Shown: one piece after another, positions 10,212 through 20,400 of the stretch
How the letters are laid out: each line of letters begins with the position of its first letter
Numbering within the stretch: position 1 is the stretch's first letter
Source of the DNA: Ruminococcus sp.
GTDB taxonomy: Bacteria > Bacillota > Clostridia > Oscillospirales > Ruminococcaceae
Assembly (NCBI GenBank): GCA_015066785.1
Contig: SVNT01000004.1
Span: forward strand, 126,376 to 190,375
Direction of reading: 5' to 3'
DNA: 64,000 nucleotides
The notes under the pieces: generated by a model
What the model was told of the DNA's origin: nothing
Databases searched by the model: none
Seen by the model: only the letters and a program-made list of their open reading frames with translations
Made by a program: the position numbers and the translations under genes

Positions 10212-11237
10212 ATGCAGAAAAAATCCAAAATCATCATAATCTCAATAGCGGCGGCACTCGTTCTGGTAGTGGGAGTGTTCACTGCAATATCCCTCATCGG
10301 CTCGTCGGAAGCCCCCGTAGTGCAGGCGGGCACAAGCGAACAGCTCTCGCTGGGGCAGAAGTTCCTCATTGACCTTGAGTATGAAAAAGCCGTGGCGGAG
10401 TTCAATGCCGTAATCGAAATCGAGCCTAAGAATGTCGACGCCTACATAGGTCTTGCCGACGCATATATCGGTATGGGCGATGAAGAAAAGGCAATCGAAA
10501 CCCTCGAAAAAGGTCTTGCCGAAACAGGCGACGAAAGACTGACGGCAAAGCTTGATGAGATGAAGAAGGCTGAAGAAACGACGGTTGAAACAACTACGGT
10601 GCCCGAAACGACAACAACGGCAGAAACCACGCCCGAAACGACAGCAGAAACGACAACCGCACCACAGGGTGCAAGAACAGAAAGAGTCGATAACGACGAT
10701 GGCTCGTATTGGATAGAAGAATACGATTCAAATGGGAATTATATAAAGTCAAGTTTTTATCGTGCCGACGGAACGCTTGAGCATATAGATGAATTTGTTC
10801 CTGATAGACCTGGTTGGATAAAGTACAGTTTTTACAGTGCTGACGGAATGCTTGAGGAGATAGGTGAATACGATTCGGATGGGAAATTGATAAAATGGAG
10901 TCGGTATAGCGCTGACGGAACGCTTGAGCAATACGATATATCTGAATACGATTCGGATGGGAAATTGATAAAATGGAGTCAGTATAGCGCCGACGGAACA
11001 CTAGATTATTACAATATATTTGAATACGGCGTTAAGGAACTTCAATACAGCTATAATAGTGACGGAATGATAACGGAGGTTGCCGTAAACGAACGGTATG
11101 AAAGCGGAGCTTTAAAAAAGCAGACTAGATATACATATTATGATGATGTTGATTATAACGGTATCATTCCCGAATACTGCGATATTACATGGGTTAAAGA
11201 ATACAATGACGGTGAATGTCTTGAGAGTTTCTTGTAG
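10212..11237 (+). CDS. Signal-anchor + TPR N-module protein A, YD/MORN-like repeat ectodomain
   Basis: MQKKSKIIIISIAAALVLVVGVFTAISLIG TM, then a TPR-like LIDLEYEKAVAEFNAVIEIEPKNVDAYIGLADAYIGMGD, a Thr/Glu linker, and repeated YDSDGKLIKWS.YSADGTL units. Confidence 0.75.
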   Translation: MQKKSKIIIISIAAALVLVVGVFTAISLIGSSEAPVVQAGTSEQLSLGQKFLIDLEYEKAVAEFNAVIEIEPKNVDAYIGLADAYIGMGDEEKAIETLEKGLAETGDERLTAKLDEMKKAEETTVETTTVPETTTTAETTPETTAETTTAPQGARTERVDNDDGSYWIEEYDSNGNYIKSSFYRADGTLEHIDEFVPDRPGWIKYSFYSADGMLEEIGEYDSDGKLIKWSRYSADGTLEQYDISEYDSDGKLIKWSQYSADGTLDYYNIFEYGVKELQYSYNSDGMITEVAVNERYESGALKKQTRYTYYDDVDYNGIIPEYCDITWVKEYNDGECLESFL

Positions 11238-11249
11238 GGGGCAACAGAT

Positions 11250-11918
11250 ATGAAAAGCAAAAAATTATGCTATATAATCGATGTGGTTATATTGCTGTCG
11301 CTTATTGCGGTGTGGGGGTATATTCTTATCAAAGAACTGCCCATAAAAACCGTGATTGCTGTTGCTGTACTTTCTCTTATACTTATTATACTCGGCGTTG
11401 TTGTTCTTTTTATGGCAATGAGAAGTAATTATGATGAAAAAAAGCCGGAACCTGTTGTGCAGGAGGATGAAATTCCTGAGGAAAAGGCAGAGAAGAAAAA
11501 GGTAAATAACAATCCCCCTACGCAGTTTCAGTTTGATCCGTCTACGGAATATGTATTTGGCTCCGATGATAACAGGAATACTGCGGACGAAACGGAAATC
11601 ATACCAACAAATAAGAATTACCGCATAGAATTGCGTGACAAGAATAATCCCGTAAAAACCTATCAGACATCATTCTCGGACGAGGCTGTCATAGGCAGAA
11701 TAGAGGGGCGTTGCAATATTGTCATTGCCGACGAAAAGAGCATATCCAGATGTCACTGCAGATTGTTCGTTGAAAACGGCAGGATTATGGCAGAGGATCT
11801 CAAATCATCGAACAGAACATATATAAACGGTACACAAGTCAGTGAAACTGCGCTTGAAATAAAAAGCGGTGATGAGCTTAAAATGGGTAGGGCAAAATTT
11901 ATTGTCACAATAAATTAG
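11250..11918 (+). CDS. FHA-domain membrane protein
   Basis: Two N-terminal TM helices. C-terminal AVIGRIEGRCNIVIADEKSISRCHCRLFVENGRIMAEDLKSSNRTYINGTQV is an FHA signature. Confidence 0.8.
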   Translation: MKSKKLCYIIDVVILLSLIAVWGYILIKELPIKTVIAVAVLSLILIILGVVVLFMAMRSNYDEKKPEPVVQEDEIPEEKAEKKKVNNNPPTQFQFDPSTEYVFGSDDNRNTADETEIIPTNKNYRIELRDKNNPVKTYQTSFSDEAVIGRIEGRCNIVIADEKSISRCHCRLFVENGRIMAEDLKSSNRTYINGTQVSETALEIKSGDELKMGRAKFIVTIN

Positions 11919-11927
11919 GAGGCTTTT

Positions 11928-13694
11928 ATGGAATATTGCGAATACACAAATGCAGGTGTGGTGCGCAATGTCAATCAGGACGCTGTACTTTCGCTTTGTA
12001 TGAACAACTCGGGACTGTTTGTTGTCGCAGACGGAATGGGCGGTCATACCGACGGAGATGTTGCAAGCGGGGCTGTCAGGAGTGCCTGTCTTAAATGGTG
12101 GAATATGTCGTTCATGGCAAATTCGGATATGGATTTGCTCTCGGCTGTTGAGGGGATAAAATCCGCATTAGAGGCCGTGAATACCGAACTTATATCCAGA
12201 ATGGAAGGTACAGGCAAAATCTGCGGAACAACTGTCGCTGTACTCTTTATACATAACGGTGCATATGCCGCTATGAATATAGGTGACAGCAGAATATATC
12301 TGTTGAATAAAAAAGGTGTGCGAAAAATTTCATTTGACCACACCTTGAATTCGTTTAAGGAAATAAAAAATATCAGAGTATCGAAAAAGGATAAACTTAC
12401 ACAGGCAATAGGGGTGAACAAAAGCCCTGATTGGTATTGCGCAACAGACACATTGAAGGGTAACGAAAGATTTTTTATCTGCACAGACGGTGTTTATAAA
12501 TATGTAGATGATGATATGCTTTTTTCCGTGATAAAAAATCGTTCGGAAGAAGATATAAAGGAAGAAATCGAAAAGCAGGTTATTCTGAATGGGGCGCCCG
12601 ATAATTTTTCTTTCATTTCGGTAAATCCGAAAAAAGAAAACAATAAAATATCAAAAAAACCGCTTATTATTGTTTCGGCAATAGCAATTTCACTTTTTAT
12701 TGTGTTTGCAGTAATTTCGGGGATTGCCGTTTCAGGCGGAAGTCATGCGGATGTACAGGTAACCATATCGGATAAGCTGTCGTTGGGGCAGAAGTTCCTT
12801 ATCGACCTTGAGTACGAAAAAGCCGTGGCGGAGTTCAACGCAATCATTGAGATTGAGCCTAAAAATGTCGACGCTTATATAGGCCTTGCCGACGCATATA
12901 TCGGGATGGGTGACAAAAACAAAGCAATTGAAACTCTCGAGAAAGGTTTTTCAGAAACAGGCGACGAAACTATCAGGGCGAAACTCAATGAGATAAGAAA
13001 GGTTGAAGAAACAACAGAGGAAACAACAACGGTTATTGCCGAGCCCGAAAAGAAACCAGTCATAAAAGCGATAAATTATTTCGATCCGAATGCTGGGGCA
13101 TATCAATATAATGCACCGGCGAATTTTATCAATTATATTTATAATGATAAAGGTCAGATAGAAAAAGAAATAGACGGTTATGATGGCAGAGGGGGTTTCT
13201 CATTTGTTTATAACTATGATTCAGACGGAAGATTGCTATCAAAAGAGCAGATTGCAGGCTGGAATGAACCAATGGGTAAGATAACTCTAAACTATAACGA
13301 GAGCGGTTTACTTGTGTCAGAAGAATATATGACCTATTCTTATTTTTCGGAATACACACCGAGAGATGCAGAAAAAAGATATATTATATATACTTATGAT
13401 AACGAAAACAGAATAGTAAAAGCAGACTACTATACAGAAGAAAAGAAAGAATACTATGTAGTTATGCAATATGATGAAAAGGGCAGAATTAAAATCAAAC
13501 AAACATTTAATGCAAATGATGAAGTTCTTGTTTGTTATTATTCCGAATATGACGAAAATGGACTTATTGTAAAAGAAATCAAATGTGATTCATCAAATAA
13601 TCATATCGGATATGTGACATATGAATACGATTACAATATTTTGTCAACTAACACATATTATCCACATTCCGAGTGGGGATATGACAGCTACTAA
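11928..13694 (+). CDS. PP2C-family Ser/Thr phosphatase fused to TM + TPR N-module homolog + YD/MORN-like repeats
   Basis: VADGMGGHTDGDVAS and ICTDGV PP2C motifs, TM (LIIVSAIAISLFIVFAVISGIAV), then LSLGQKFLIDLEYEKAVAEFNAIIEIEPKNVDAYIGLADAYIGMGD as in the anchor family. Confidence 0.85.
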   Translation: MEYCEYTNAGVVRNVNQDAVLSLCMNNSGLFVVADGMGGHTDGDVASGAVRSACLKWWNMSFMANSDMDLLSAVEGIKSALEAVNTELISRMEGTGKICGTTVAVLFIHNGAYAAMNIGDSRIYLLNKKGVRKISFDHTLNSFKEIKNIRVSKKDKLTQAIGVNKSPDWYCATDTLKGNERFFICTDGVYKYVDDDMLFSVIKNRSEEDIKEEIEKQVILNGAPDNFSFISVNPKKENNKISKKPLIIVSAIAISLFIVFAVISGIAVSGGSHADVQVTISDKLSLGQKFLIDLEYEKAVAEFNAIIEIEPKNVDAYIGLADAYIGMGDKNKAIETLEKGFSETGDETIRAKLNEIRKVEETTEETTTVIAEPEKKPVIKAINYFDPNAGAYQYNAPANFINYIYNDKGQIEKEIDGYDGRGGFSFVYNYDSDGRLLSKEQIAGWNEPMGKITLNYNESGLLVSEEYMTYSYFSEYTPRDAEKRYIIYTYDNENRIVKADYYTEEKKEYYVVMQYDEKGRIKIKQTFNANDEVLVCYYSEYDENGLIVKEIKCDSSNNHIGYVTYEYDYNILSTNTYYPHSEWGYDSY

Positions 13695-13714
13695 ACACAC
13701 AACGGAGAAAGATT

Positions 13715-15880
13715 ATGTTTAAACAAGGCGAATTGCTGAACGGGACATACAGAATAATAGAAAACATAGGCTCAGGTGGTGGCGGTGAAATTTACAAAGC
13801 CTATCATACCCACCTCAAATGTAATGTTGCCGTTAAACTTATAAAAGAAAATATAAAAGGAAAGCTTGATGACAGGGCGGAAGCAGACATACTCAAAAAA
13901 ATCAAGCATTCATATCTTCCACAGGTTTTTGACTTTGTTGAAACCGATAACGGTGACATCTATACCGTTATGGAATTTATAGAGGGTTCTTCTTTTCAGG
14001 AGCTTATAAACAACGGCAGAAAGTTTACGCAACAGCAGGTGCTTAAATACGCAAAGCAGATTTGCGAGGCGCTTGCTTATCTGCATACAAGAAAGCCGGC
14101 TATTGTTCATAGCGATATAAAGCCTGCAAACATTATGCTTACCCCCGAAGACAATATATGTATAATAGATTTCAATATCTCCTCCGCACTTAGCGACGGG
14201 GGAGCTTTTGCCGTTGGGAAAAGTGACGGATATTCTCCACCGGAGCAATATGTAAAGAAAAAGAATAACGGTGCTTATCAAGTCGGAGAAGACCAGACTG
14301 AATTTATAGAAAATACCGAAATTATTGCAGAATCCGATACAACAACCGTAATGGCAGACGAAACCGAAGTCATAACAGATACCGATGTTTCAGAAAGTGC
14401 AAAAAGCGACGGTTTCGTTTCAAAATTAATGGTTTCCAGAGCGATTATAAATGAAAGTTCGGATGTCTATGCAGTAGGAGCGACATTATACTGTCTCATA
14501 AGCGGAAGAAGACCCGAAAAGTCGATTGACAAGGTTACTCCGATAACCAGACTGGATGTTACAGCAAGCTACGGACTGAAACATATTATATCAAAAGCAA
14601 TGGAGGTTTCGCAGAAAAAGAGATATGCCAATGCGGGAGAGATGCTTGAAGCACTCAAAGATATTCATTGCATTGAAAAGCTTTACAGAAGTTTTGTTGT
14701 AAGAAATCGTATTGTATACTCTCTTCTGATTTTCGGAACAGCTTTGTTTTCAGTAATTGCGTTTATGGGATACGAAAAAATAGGTATAGAAAAAGCCGTT
14801 ACATATAACGAATATGCCGAAAGACTGGTTGTTCTTCGTGAAAGCGGAGATGTCGACGACTTTGAACAGATTTATTCGGCGGCTGAGGAAATCTATCAGG
14901 ACAGGCTGGATATACATTTCCAGAAGGCACTTTTTCTTTTTGAAAGGGCAGAATACGACGAGTGTATAGAATATATAGATGAAATACTTGCAGATCACCC
15001 CGAATACAATGATGACGCTGAAATGGCAGATCTTTTATTCGTGAATGCAAATTGTTTTTTCGAAAAAGAAGATTACATTTCAGCTATACTGAAGTATAAG
15101 GCTGCAATATACAAAAATTCCGAAAACGGAGAATATTATCGTGATTACGCCATTTCTCTTGCAAGAACAGGGGAACTTGAAAAAGCAGCAGATGCCCTGA
15201 ATCAGGCGACACAGCTCGGTCTGTCCGAAGAAAATATATGCCTTGTCGAAGGCGAAATAGAATTTGTCAGAGGAAGATATGACAAAGCGGAAGAAGCTCT
15301 CCTGAAATGCATAGACATTTCATCCGATGACTATATAAAACAGCGTGCGTATATTCTTTGCGGCAGTGTATATAATCAGTCTGGAAAGCTCACGGAAAAC
15401 GTACGGCTTATGGAATGTGCGCTTGAAGACCTGCCTGAAGAAAGACTGTACGGTATTTATGAAATTCTGGCACAGTGCTATCTGGACATCGGCAAGGAAA
15501 CAGGCAGTGTCGATTATTATCTTAAAGCGATTGATGTGTTTTCGATTATGCAGAAAAAAGGCATCGGCGGATATAGAGTATCCGAAAGTAAAGCAGTGGC
15601 TTTTTACACTGTCGGAGATTGCGAATCTGCAAAAGCAGAATTTGAAAATATGAAAAATGATTTCGGAGAAAATTACAGAATAAGTATGTATCTTGCTTAT
15701 GTGGAACTGCTTGAGGAATCACGCAAGAGCAATAACAACAGGGATTATTCGGATTTTCTGCGGCATTACAATGATGCCGAAAAGCTTTACAAAGAACAGC
15801 TGAAGGAAGGAACTACCGATATTGAAATGCAGGTTCTTGAAGACGCTTATCTTCAGCTCAGGGATGGTAATTGGTTTTAA
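13715..15880 (+). CDS. Hanks-type Ser/Thr protein kinase with TM and extracytoplasmic TPR repeats
   Basis: GSGGGGEIYKA G-loop, VAVKLI Lys, HSDIKPANIM catalytic loop, DFN, SPPE. TM is IVYSLLIFGTALFSVIAFMGY, followed by long TPR-like helical repeats. Confidence 0.85.
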   Translation: MFKQGELLNGTYRIIENIGSGGGGEIYKAYHTHLKCNVAVKLIKENIKGKLDDRAEADILKKIKHSYLPQVFDFVETDNGDIYTVMEFIEGSSFQELINNGRKFTQQQVLKYAKQICEALAYLHTRKPAIVHSDIKPANIMLTPEDNICIIDFNISSALSDGGAFAVGKSDGYSPPEQYVKKKNNGAYQVGEDQTEFIENTEIIAESDTTTVMADETEVITDTDVSESAKSDGFVSKLMVSRAIINESSDVYAVGATLYCLISGRRPEKSIDKVTPITRLDVTASYGLKHIISKAMEVSQKKRYANAGEMLEALKDIHCIEKLYRSFVVRNRIVYSLLIFGTALFSVIAFMGYEKIGIEKAVTYNEYAERLVVLRESGDVDDFEQIYSAAEEIYQDRLDIHFQKALFLFERAEYDECIEYIDEILADHPEYNDDAEMADLLFVNANCFFEKEDYISAILKYKAAIYKNSENGEYYRDYAISLARTGELEKAADALNQATQLGLSEENICLVEGEIEFVRGRYDKAEEALLKCIDISSDDYIKQRAYILCGSVYNQSGKLTENVRLMECALEDLPEERLYGIYEILAQCYLDIGKETGSVDYYLKAIDVFSIMQKKGIGGYRVSESKAVAFYTVGDCESAKAEFENMKNDFGENYRISMYLAYVELLEESRKSNNNRDYSDFLRHYNDAEKLYKEQLKEGTTDIEMQVLEDAYLQLRDGNWF

Positions 15881-15891
15881 GGAGTCGGATT

Positions 15892-16047
15892 ATGGTTGAG
15901 TTGATAAAAAATCTTACAATCGGTGAATTTATGTTTTATGGCGGAATTATCGGTGCGGGACTTTGTGTTCTTGCAATGATAGTCGGGATACCACTTACGG
16001 CAATTGGCAAAAAGCAGATAAAGAACAAAATATATAAGGAGTATTGA
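15892..16047 (+). CDS. 51-aa single-pass membrane peptide
   Basis: AAGGAG RBS overlaps the kinase stop. MVELIKNLTIGEFMFYGGIIGAGLCVLAMIVGIPLTAIGKKQIKNKIYKEY. Below the ORF-track length cutoff. Confidence 0.5.
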   Translation: MVELIKNLTIGEFMFYGGIIGAGLCVLAMIVGIPLTAIGKKQIKNKIYKEY

Positions 16048-16049
16048 TT

Positions 16050-17312
16050 ATGCAGAAAAAATCCAAAATCATCATAATCTCAATAGTGGCGGCACTCGTT
16101 CTGGTAGTGGGAGTGTTCACTGCAATATCCCTCATCGGCTCGTCGGAAGCCCCCGTAGTGCAGGCGGGCACAAGCGAACAGCTCTCGCTGGGGCAGAAGT
16201 TCCTCATTGACCTTGAGTACGAAAAAGCCGTGGCGGAGTTCAATGCCGTAATCGAAATCGAGCCTAAGAATGTTGACGCTTACATAGGCCTTGCCGACGC
16301 ATATATCGGTATGGGCGATGAAAACAAGGCAATCGAAACCCTCGAAAAAGGTCTTGCCGAAACAGGCGACGAAACTATTAAGGCGAAACTTGATGAGATT
16401 AAAGAGGCTGAGGAGACAACAGTGGAGGTAACTACTACTCCTGAGGTTACGACAACACCCGAGGAAACAACAGTAGAGGAAAATAGAGAAAATGACCCCA
16501 ATGGTGGGTATTGGATTCATAAATATGATACAAACGGAAATAAAATAAGTTCTTCTCATTATTTTGAAGGCGGAGATTTTGAATATATAATTTATTATAA
16601 ATATGATCAAAATGGAATTTTAATAAAAACAACAAAGGATATAGCCGATTTTGGTTATGAAGTGTATTCGCGAGAGGAATTTGCATATGATTCTCGTGGT
16701 AATATCATTGAAGAAACATTTCTTGGTTACAATTCCGATGATGATACATTGGATTTAATATGGAGAAATGTATATGAATATAATTCAAATTCGAAAAAAA
16801 TAAAAGAAACAAAATATGGATGGAAAAACGAACTCGAAGAAGAAATAGAATATCTTGATAACGGAGTCGTTTGTTTTACATATTACAGCGATGGTAAAAT
16901 AAGTGCTTATATAGAAGAAAATTCAAACGAAAACAGGATAAAAGAAATCTGGTATGATTCAGACGGCAATGTTGACTATTATTCCCGAAGCGAATACGAA
17001 TACTATCCGAATGGATTAATAAAAAAAATAACAGATTATAACGAAGACGGAAGTATAGATGATATTTATACATACGAATACGATTCACAGGGAAGAGAAA
17101 TCAAGTGTACTGAATATAACAATAGTGGCAAGATCAGATATATCAGAACCAGAGAATATGGTTCAAATGGACGACAGATAAGGCTTACTCTTTATAAACC
17201 TGATGGAACGATACAACTTATGAGAGAATGGGATCTGGAAGGTAATCTTATAAAAGAATATGGCTATGATCCCTATCAGATTGTCATCCATTCAAACGGT
17301 TCAGGAGCATAA
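16050..17312 (+). CDS. Signal-anchor + TPR N-module protein C, YD/MORN-like repeat ectodomain
   Basis: Same N-module as 10212, with one A->V change. Start is the ATG at 16050, not 16044. C-terminal repeats include YDTNGNKI, YDQNGILI, YDSDGNVDY, YDSQGREI. Confidence 0.75.
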   Translation: MQKKSKIIIISIVAALVLVVGVFTAISLIGSSEAPVVQAGTSEQLSLGQKFLIDLEYEKAVAEFNAVIEIEPKNVDAYIGLADAYIGMGDENKAIETLEKGLAETGDETIKAKLDEIKEAEETTVEVTTTPEVTTTPEETTVEENRENDPNGGYWIHKYDTNGNKISSSHYFEGGDFEYIIYYKYDQNGILIKTTKDIADFGYEVYSREEFAYDSRGNIIEETFLGYNSDDDTLDLIWRNVYEYNSNSKKIKETKYGWKNELEEEIEYLDNGVVCFTYYSDGKISAYIEENSNENRIKEIWYDSDGNVDYYSRSEYEYYPNGLIKKITDYNEDGSIDDIYTYEYDSQGREIKCTEYNNSGKIRYIRTREYGSNGRQIRLTLYKPDGTIQLMREWDLEGNLIKEYGYDPYQIVIHSNGSGA

Positions 17313-17418
17313 TTTAAGAAAGTTCTGATAATCCAATGAGAATAACAATACGAAAATTTTATGTTATATAATTAACGGCACACCAAGATAAACCCCTCTC
17401 GAAAGGACTTGAAAAATT

Positions 17419-20400
17419 ATGGCATATATATTTTATTTCAACTTCAAAGAAAATGTTTATGAATACCCTCTCCCTGCCGTGAGAAACAGAGCGGTAAGCA
17501 TCGATTTGTCTGAATTTTCATCGGAAAAGGGCGTTATAAATCTTGAAATGTTTGACGGAGTGTGGAAACTTCTCCCCTCTGATGATTTCGATTATTTTAT
17601 CAACGGAGCTCCAATAAAGGAAAAGGAAATCGGTGACGGAGATAAATTTACCGTAAGAGGAAAAAAGGGCGGACTTCAGTTTATGATTTTTGCTCTCATT
17701 GCGTCTGAAAACATAAGGGTATATAAAAAATGGTCGCTTGACGGTGTTGATACTATAACTATCGGTATGGACGACAGCTGCGATATTGTGTACAAGGAAC
17801 AGTTTGTAAGCCATAATCATGCCACTTTGAAAAGGAATGGCACCGATTTTTTCATAAGCGATAGCAGTACCAACGGTACATTCCTGAACGGCGTTAAAAT
17901 ATCGGAGGAAACAAAGCTTTCGGTATTTGACACGATTTATATTCTGGGGCTGAAAATAATATATCTGGGTGGATATATTGCAACAAACAAAATTCTTGAG
18001 CTGGATGTAAATCTTGCGGAAGTCTGCGATACAACCATTGAGTATGAGCCTTACGAGGACGAATCTGATTTTTCACGCTCTCCGAGAAGGACAGAGCCGC
18101 TTGATGACGAAGTCGTTGAAATAGAGGCTCCCCCTGCGCAGCACAAGGCAACGAGTCAGCCACTTATTTTTATAATCGGGCCGTCTGTAACAATGCCCTT
18201 GCCGATTATGATTTCGATTGTTATAAATATGATGTCATCAGGGAATACAGCAAATCCGCTTATGTATCTCGGAACAGTCATATCTGTTGTATGTTCGGGA
18301 TTTATCGGTGCAGGATGGGCACTTGCTCACCAGTTCTACAATAAAAAGACGATGAAAAAACAAGAGGAAGAACGAGTAAAAGCATACGGAGAATATATTG
18401 CCAAAAACGAAAAGCTTCTTTCCGAAAAGCAGGATAAAAACAAAAGTATAATGGAGGAGCAGTTTTTATCTTCGGATAAACTTATGAGCAGAATTCTTGA
18501 AGATAACACTTCCTTGTGGAACCGCAATATAAATCACGCTGATTTTTCGACAATCCGTTTCGGCACAGGGTCAGTAAAAATGACTAATGGAATTTCAATT
18601 CCGAAGGAACGGTTTTCTATGAGCGATGATTCGCTTGCGGATAAGCCGAGGGAGATTTTCGACCGTTATAATATAATGGAGGGTTGCGCATACACTACAA
18701 GACTGATTGGCAATAAAATCTGGGGCATTCTCGGTGAATATGAGAATGTCATGAATATAGTGAACAATATTGTTGTTCAGCTTTCTGCACTCCATAGCTA
18801 CAATGATATAAAAATCGCTATTCTTTGCAGAGAAAATGAAAAAGATAAATATCTGTGGATGAAATGGCTGCCGCATATGTTCACTGCCGATAAAAAAATA
18901 AGAATGTTCGGGTGTGATGGAAATTCCATAAAGAATGTATGCAGTTTTCTTGGTGGAGAACTTCGTTCAAGGGAAGAAAACGCAGGGGATTCATCAAAGA
19001 ATCAGATGATCCTTCCGCATTATTTTGTTATCTGCACAGATAAGAATATTCTTGAGAAAAATATTATCTCAAAGTACATAATGAACAATTCGGAATTAGG
19101 GTTCACATTTATTCTGGCTTATGAAAAGATGGACAAGCTCCCCAATGAGTGTAAGGTGATTATCCAGCATGACGATACATATAGTGGAATATATTCACTT
19201 TCATCAACAATAGATGAAACAAATTCAGTGGTTTTTGATAATGTTGATACAAAGAAAGCAGAAAGATATTCAAGAGCAATAAACGGACTTTATCTGACCG
19301 AATTCAGTCAGGGTGAAATTCCTGCATCTGTTGATTATCTTGATATGCTTGGCATAGGCAGATTTGAACAATGGAATCTTATTAAAAAGTATAAAGAAAA
19401 CCGTTCTTATGAGAGTATTGCGTCGTTTATAGGAATAGGCGCAGGAAACCGTCCTGTTATTCTTGATATAAGCGAAAAAATGCACGGTCCTCACGGTCTT
19501 GTTGCAGGAACAACAGGTTCGGGAAAAAGTGAGACTATACAGACCTTCATACTTTCTCTTATTCTCAATTACAGCCCCGATGAAGTGGCGTTTATCCTTA
19601 TAGACTACAAGGGAGGAGGAATGGCTGCAGCTTTTAACGGAATTCCTCATCTTGCGGGAATAATCACAAACCTCGGAGGAGATACAGGAGACGGCGAAAT
19701 CGATGAAAATCTCACAAGAAGAGCGCTTATTTCAATAAAGAGCGAAATAAAGAGACGACAGAAGATTTTCAATCGCTTTAAAGTAAATCATATTAATCAG
19801 TACATAAAAATGTATCGTGGCGGTACGGTCAGCGAAGCGTTGCCTCATTTAATTATTATATCGGACGAATTTGCAGAACTTAAACATAAACAACCCGAAT
19901 TTATAAAAGAACTTGTCAGTGTGGCGAGAGTTGGAAGAAGTCTGGGAATTCATCTGATACTTGCAACCCAGAAGCCTGCGGGAGTTGTTGATGAAGAAAT
20001 ATGGAGTAACTCACGCTTTAAAATCTGTCTTAAAGTTCAGGACAAACAGGATAGTATGGGCATGCTGAAACGCCCCGAAGCAGCATATCTTGTCAACACA
20101 GGACGAGCATATATGCAGGTTGGAAATGATGAAATTTTTGATATGTTCCAGTCGGGATATTCCGGGGCAGAGTATATTCCGACAGATGATTTTGTTTCTT
20201 CAAAGGACAAAGAAGTGATAATGATTGACATCGACGGAACATATCTTGAAGAGAATATAATGTCTGAAAATAAAAATCAGACCGAAGTTTCTCAGCTTAA
20301 AGCGGGTATAGACTATATAATTGCTGTTTCTGCCGCAAATCAGATCAAGGCAACAAGAAAACTCTGGAACGAATCACTGTCATCGCTTATAGGTCTTGAT

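Noticed and set aside
10067-10405. Repeated ORF family MNSATAFSYSRSMRNFCPSESCSLVPACTTGASDEP... (also 15995-16243, 22953-23180, 26042-26254), and MVSAVVVVSG...-type ORFs.
   Set aside because: They are the antisense translation of the conserved anchor N-module and its Thr/Glu linker. They have no RBS, and their repetition is fully explained by the sense-strand repeat.
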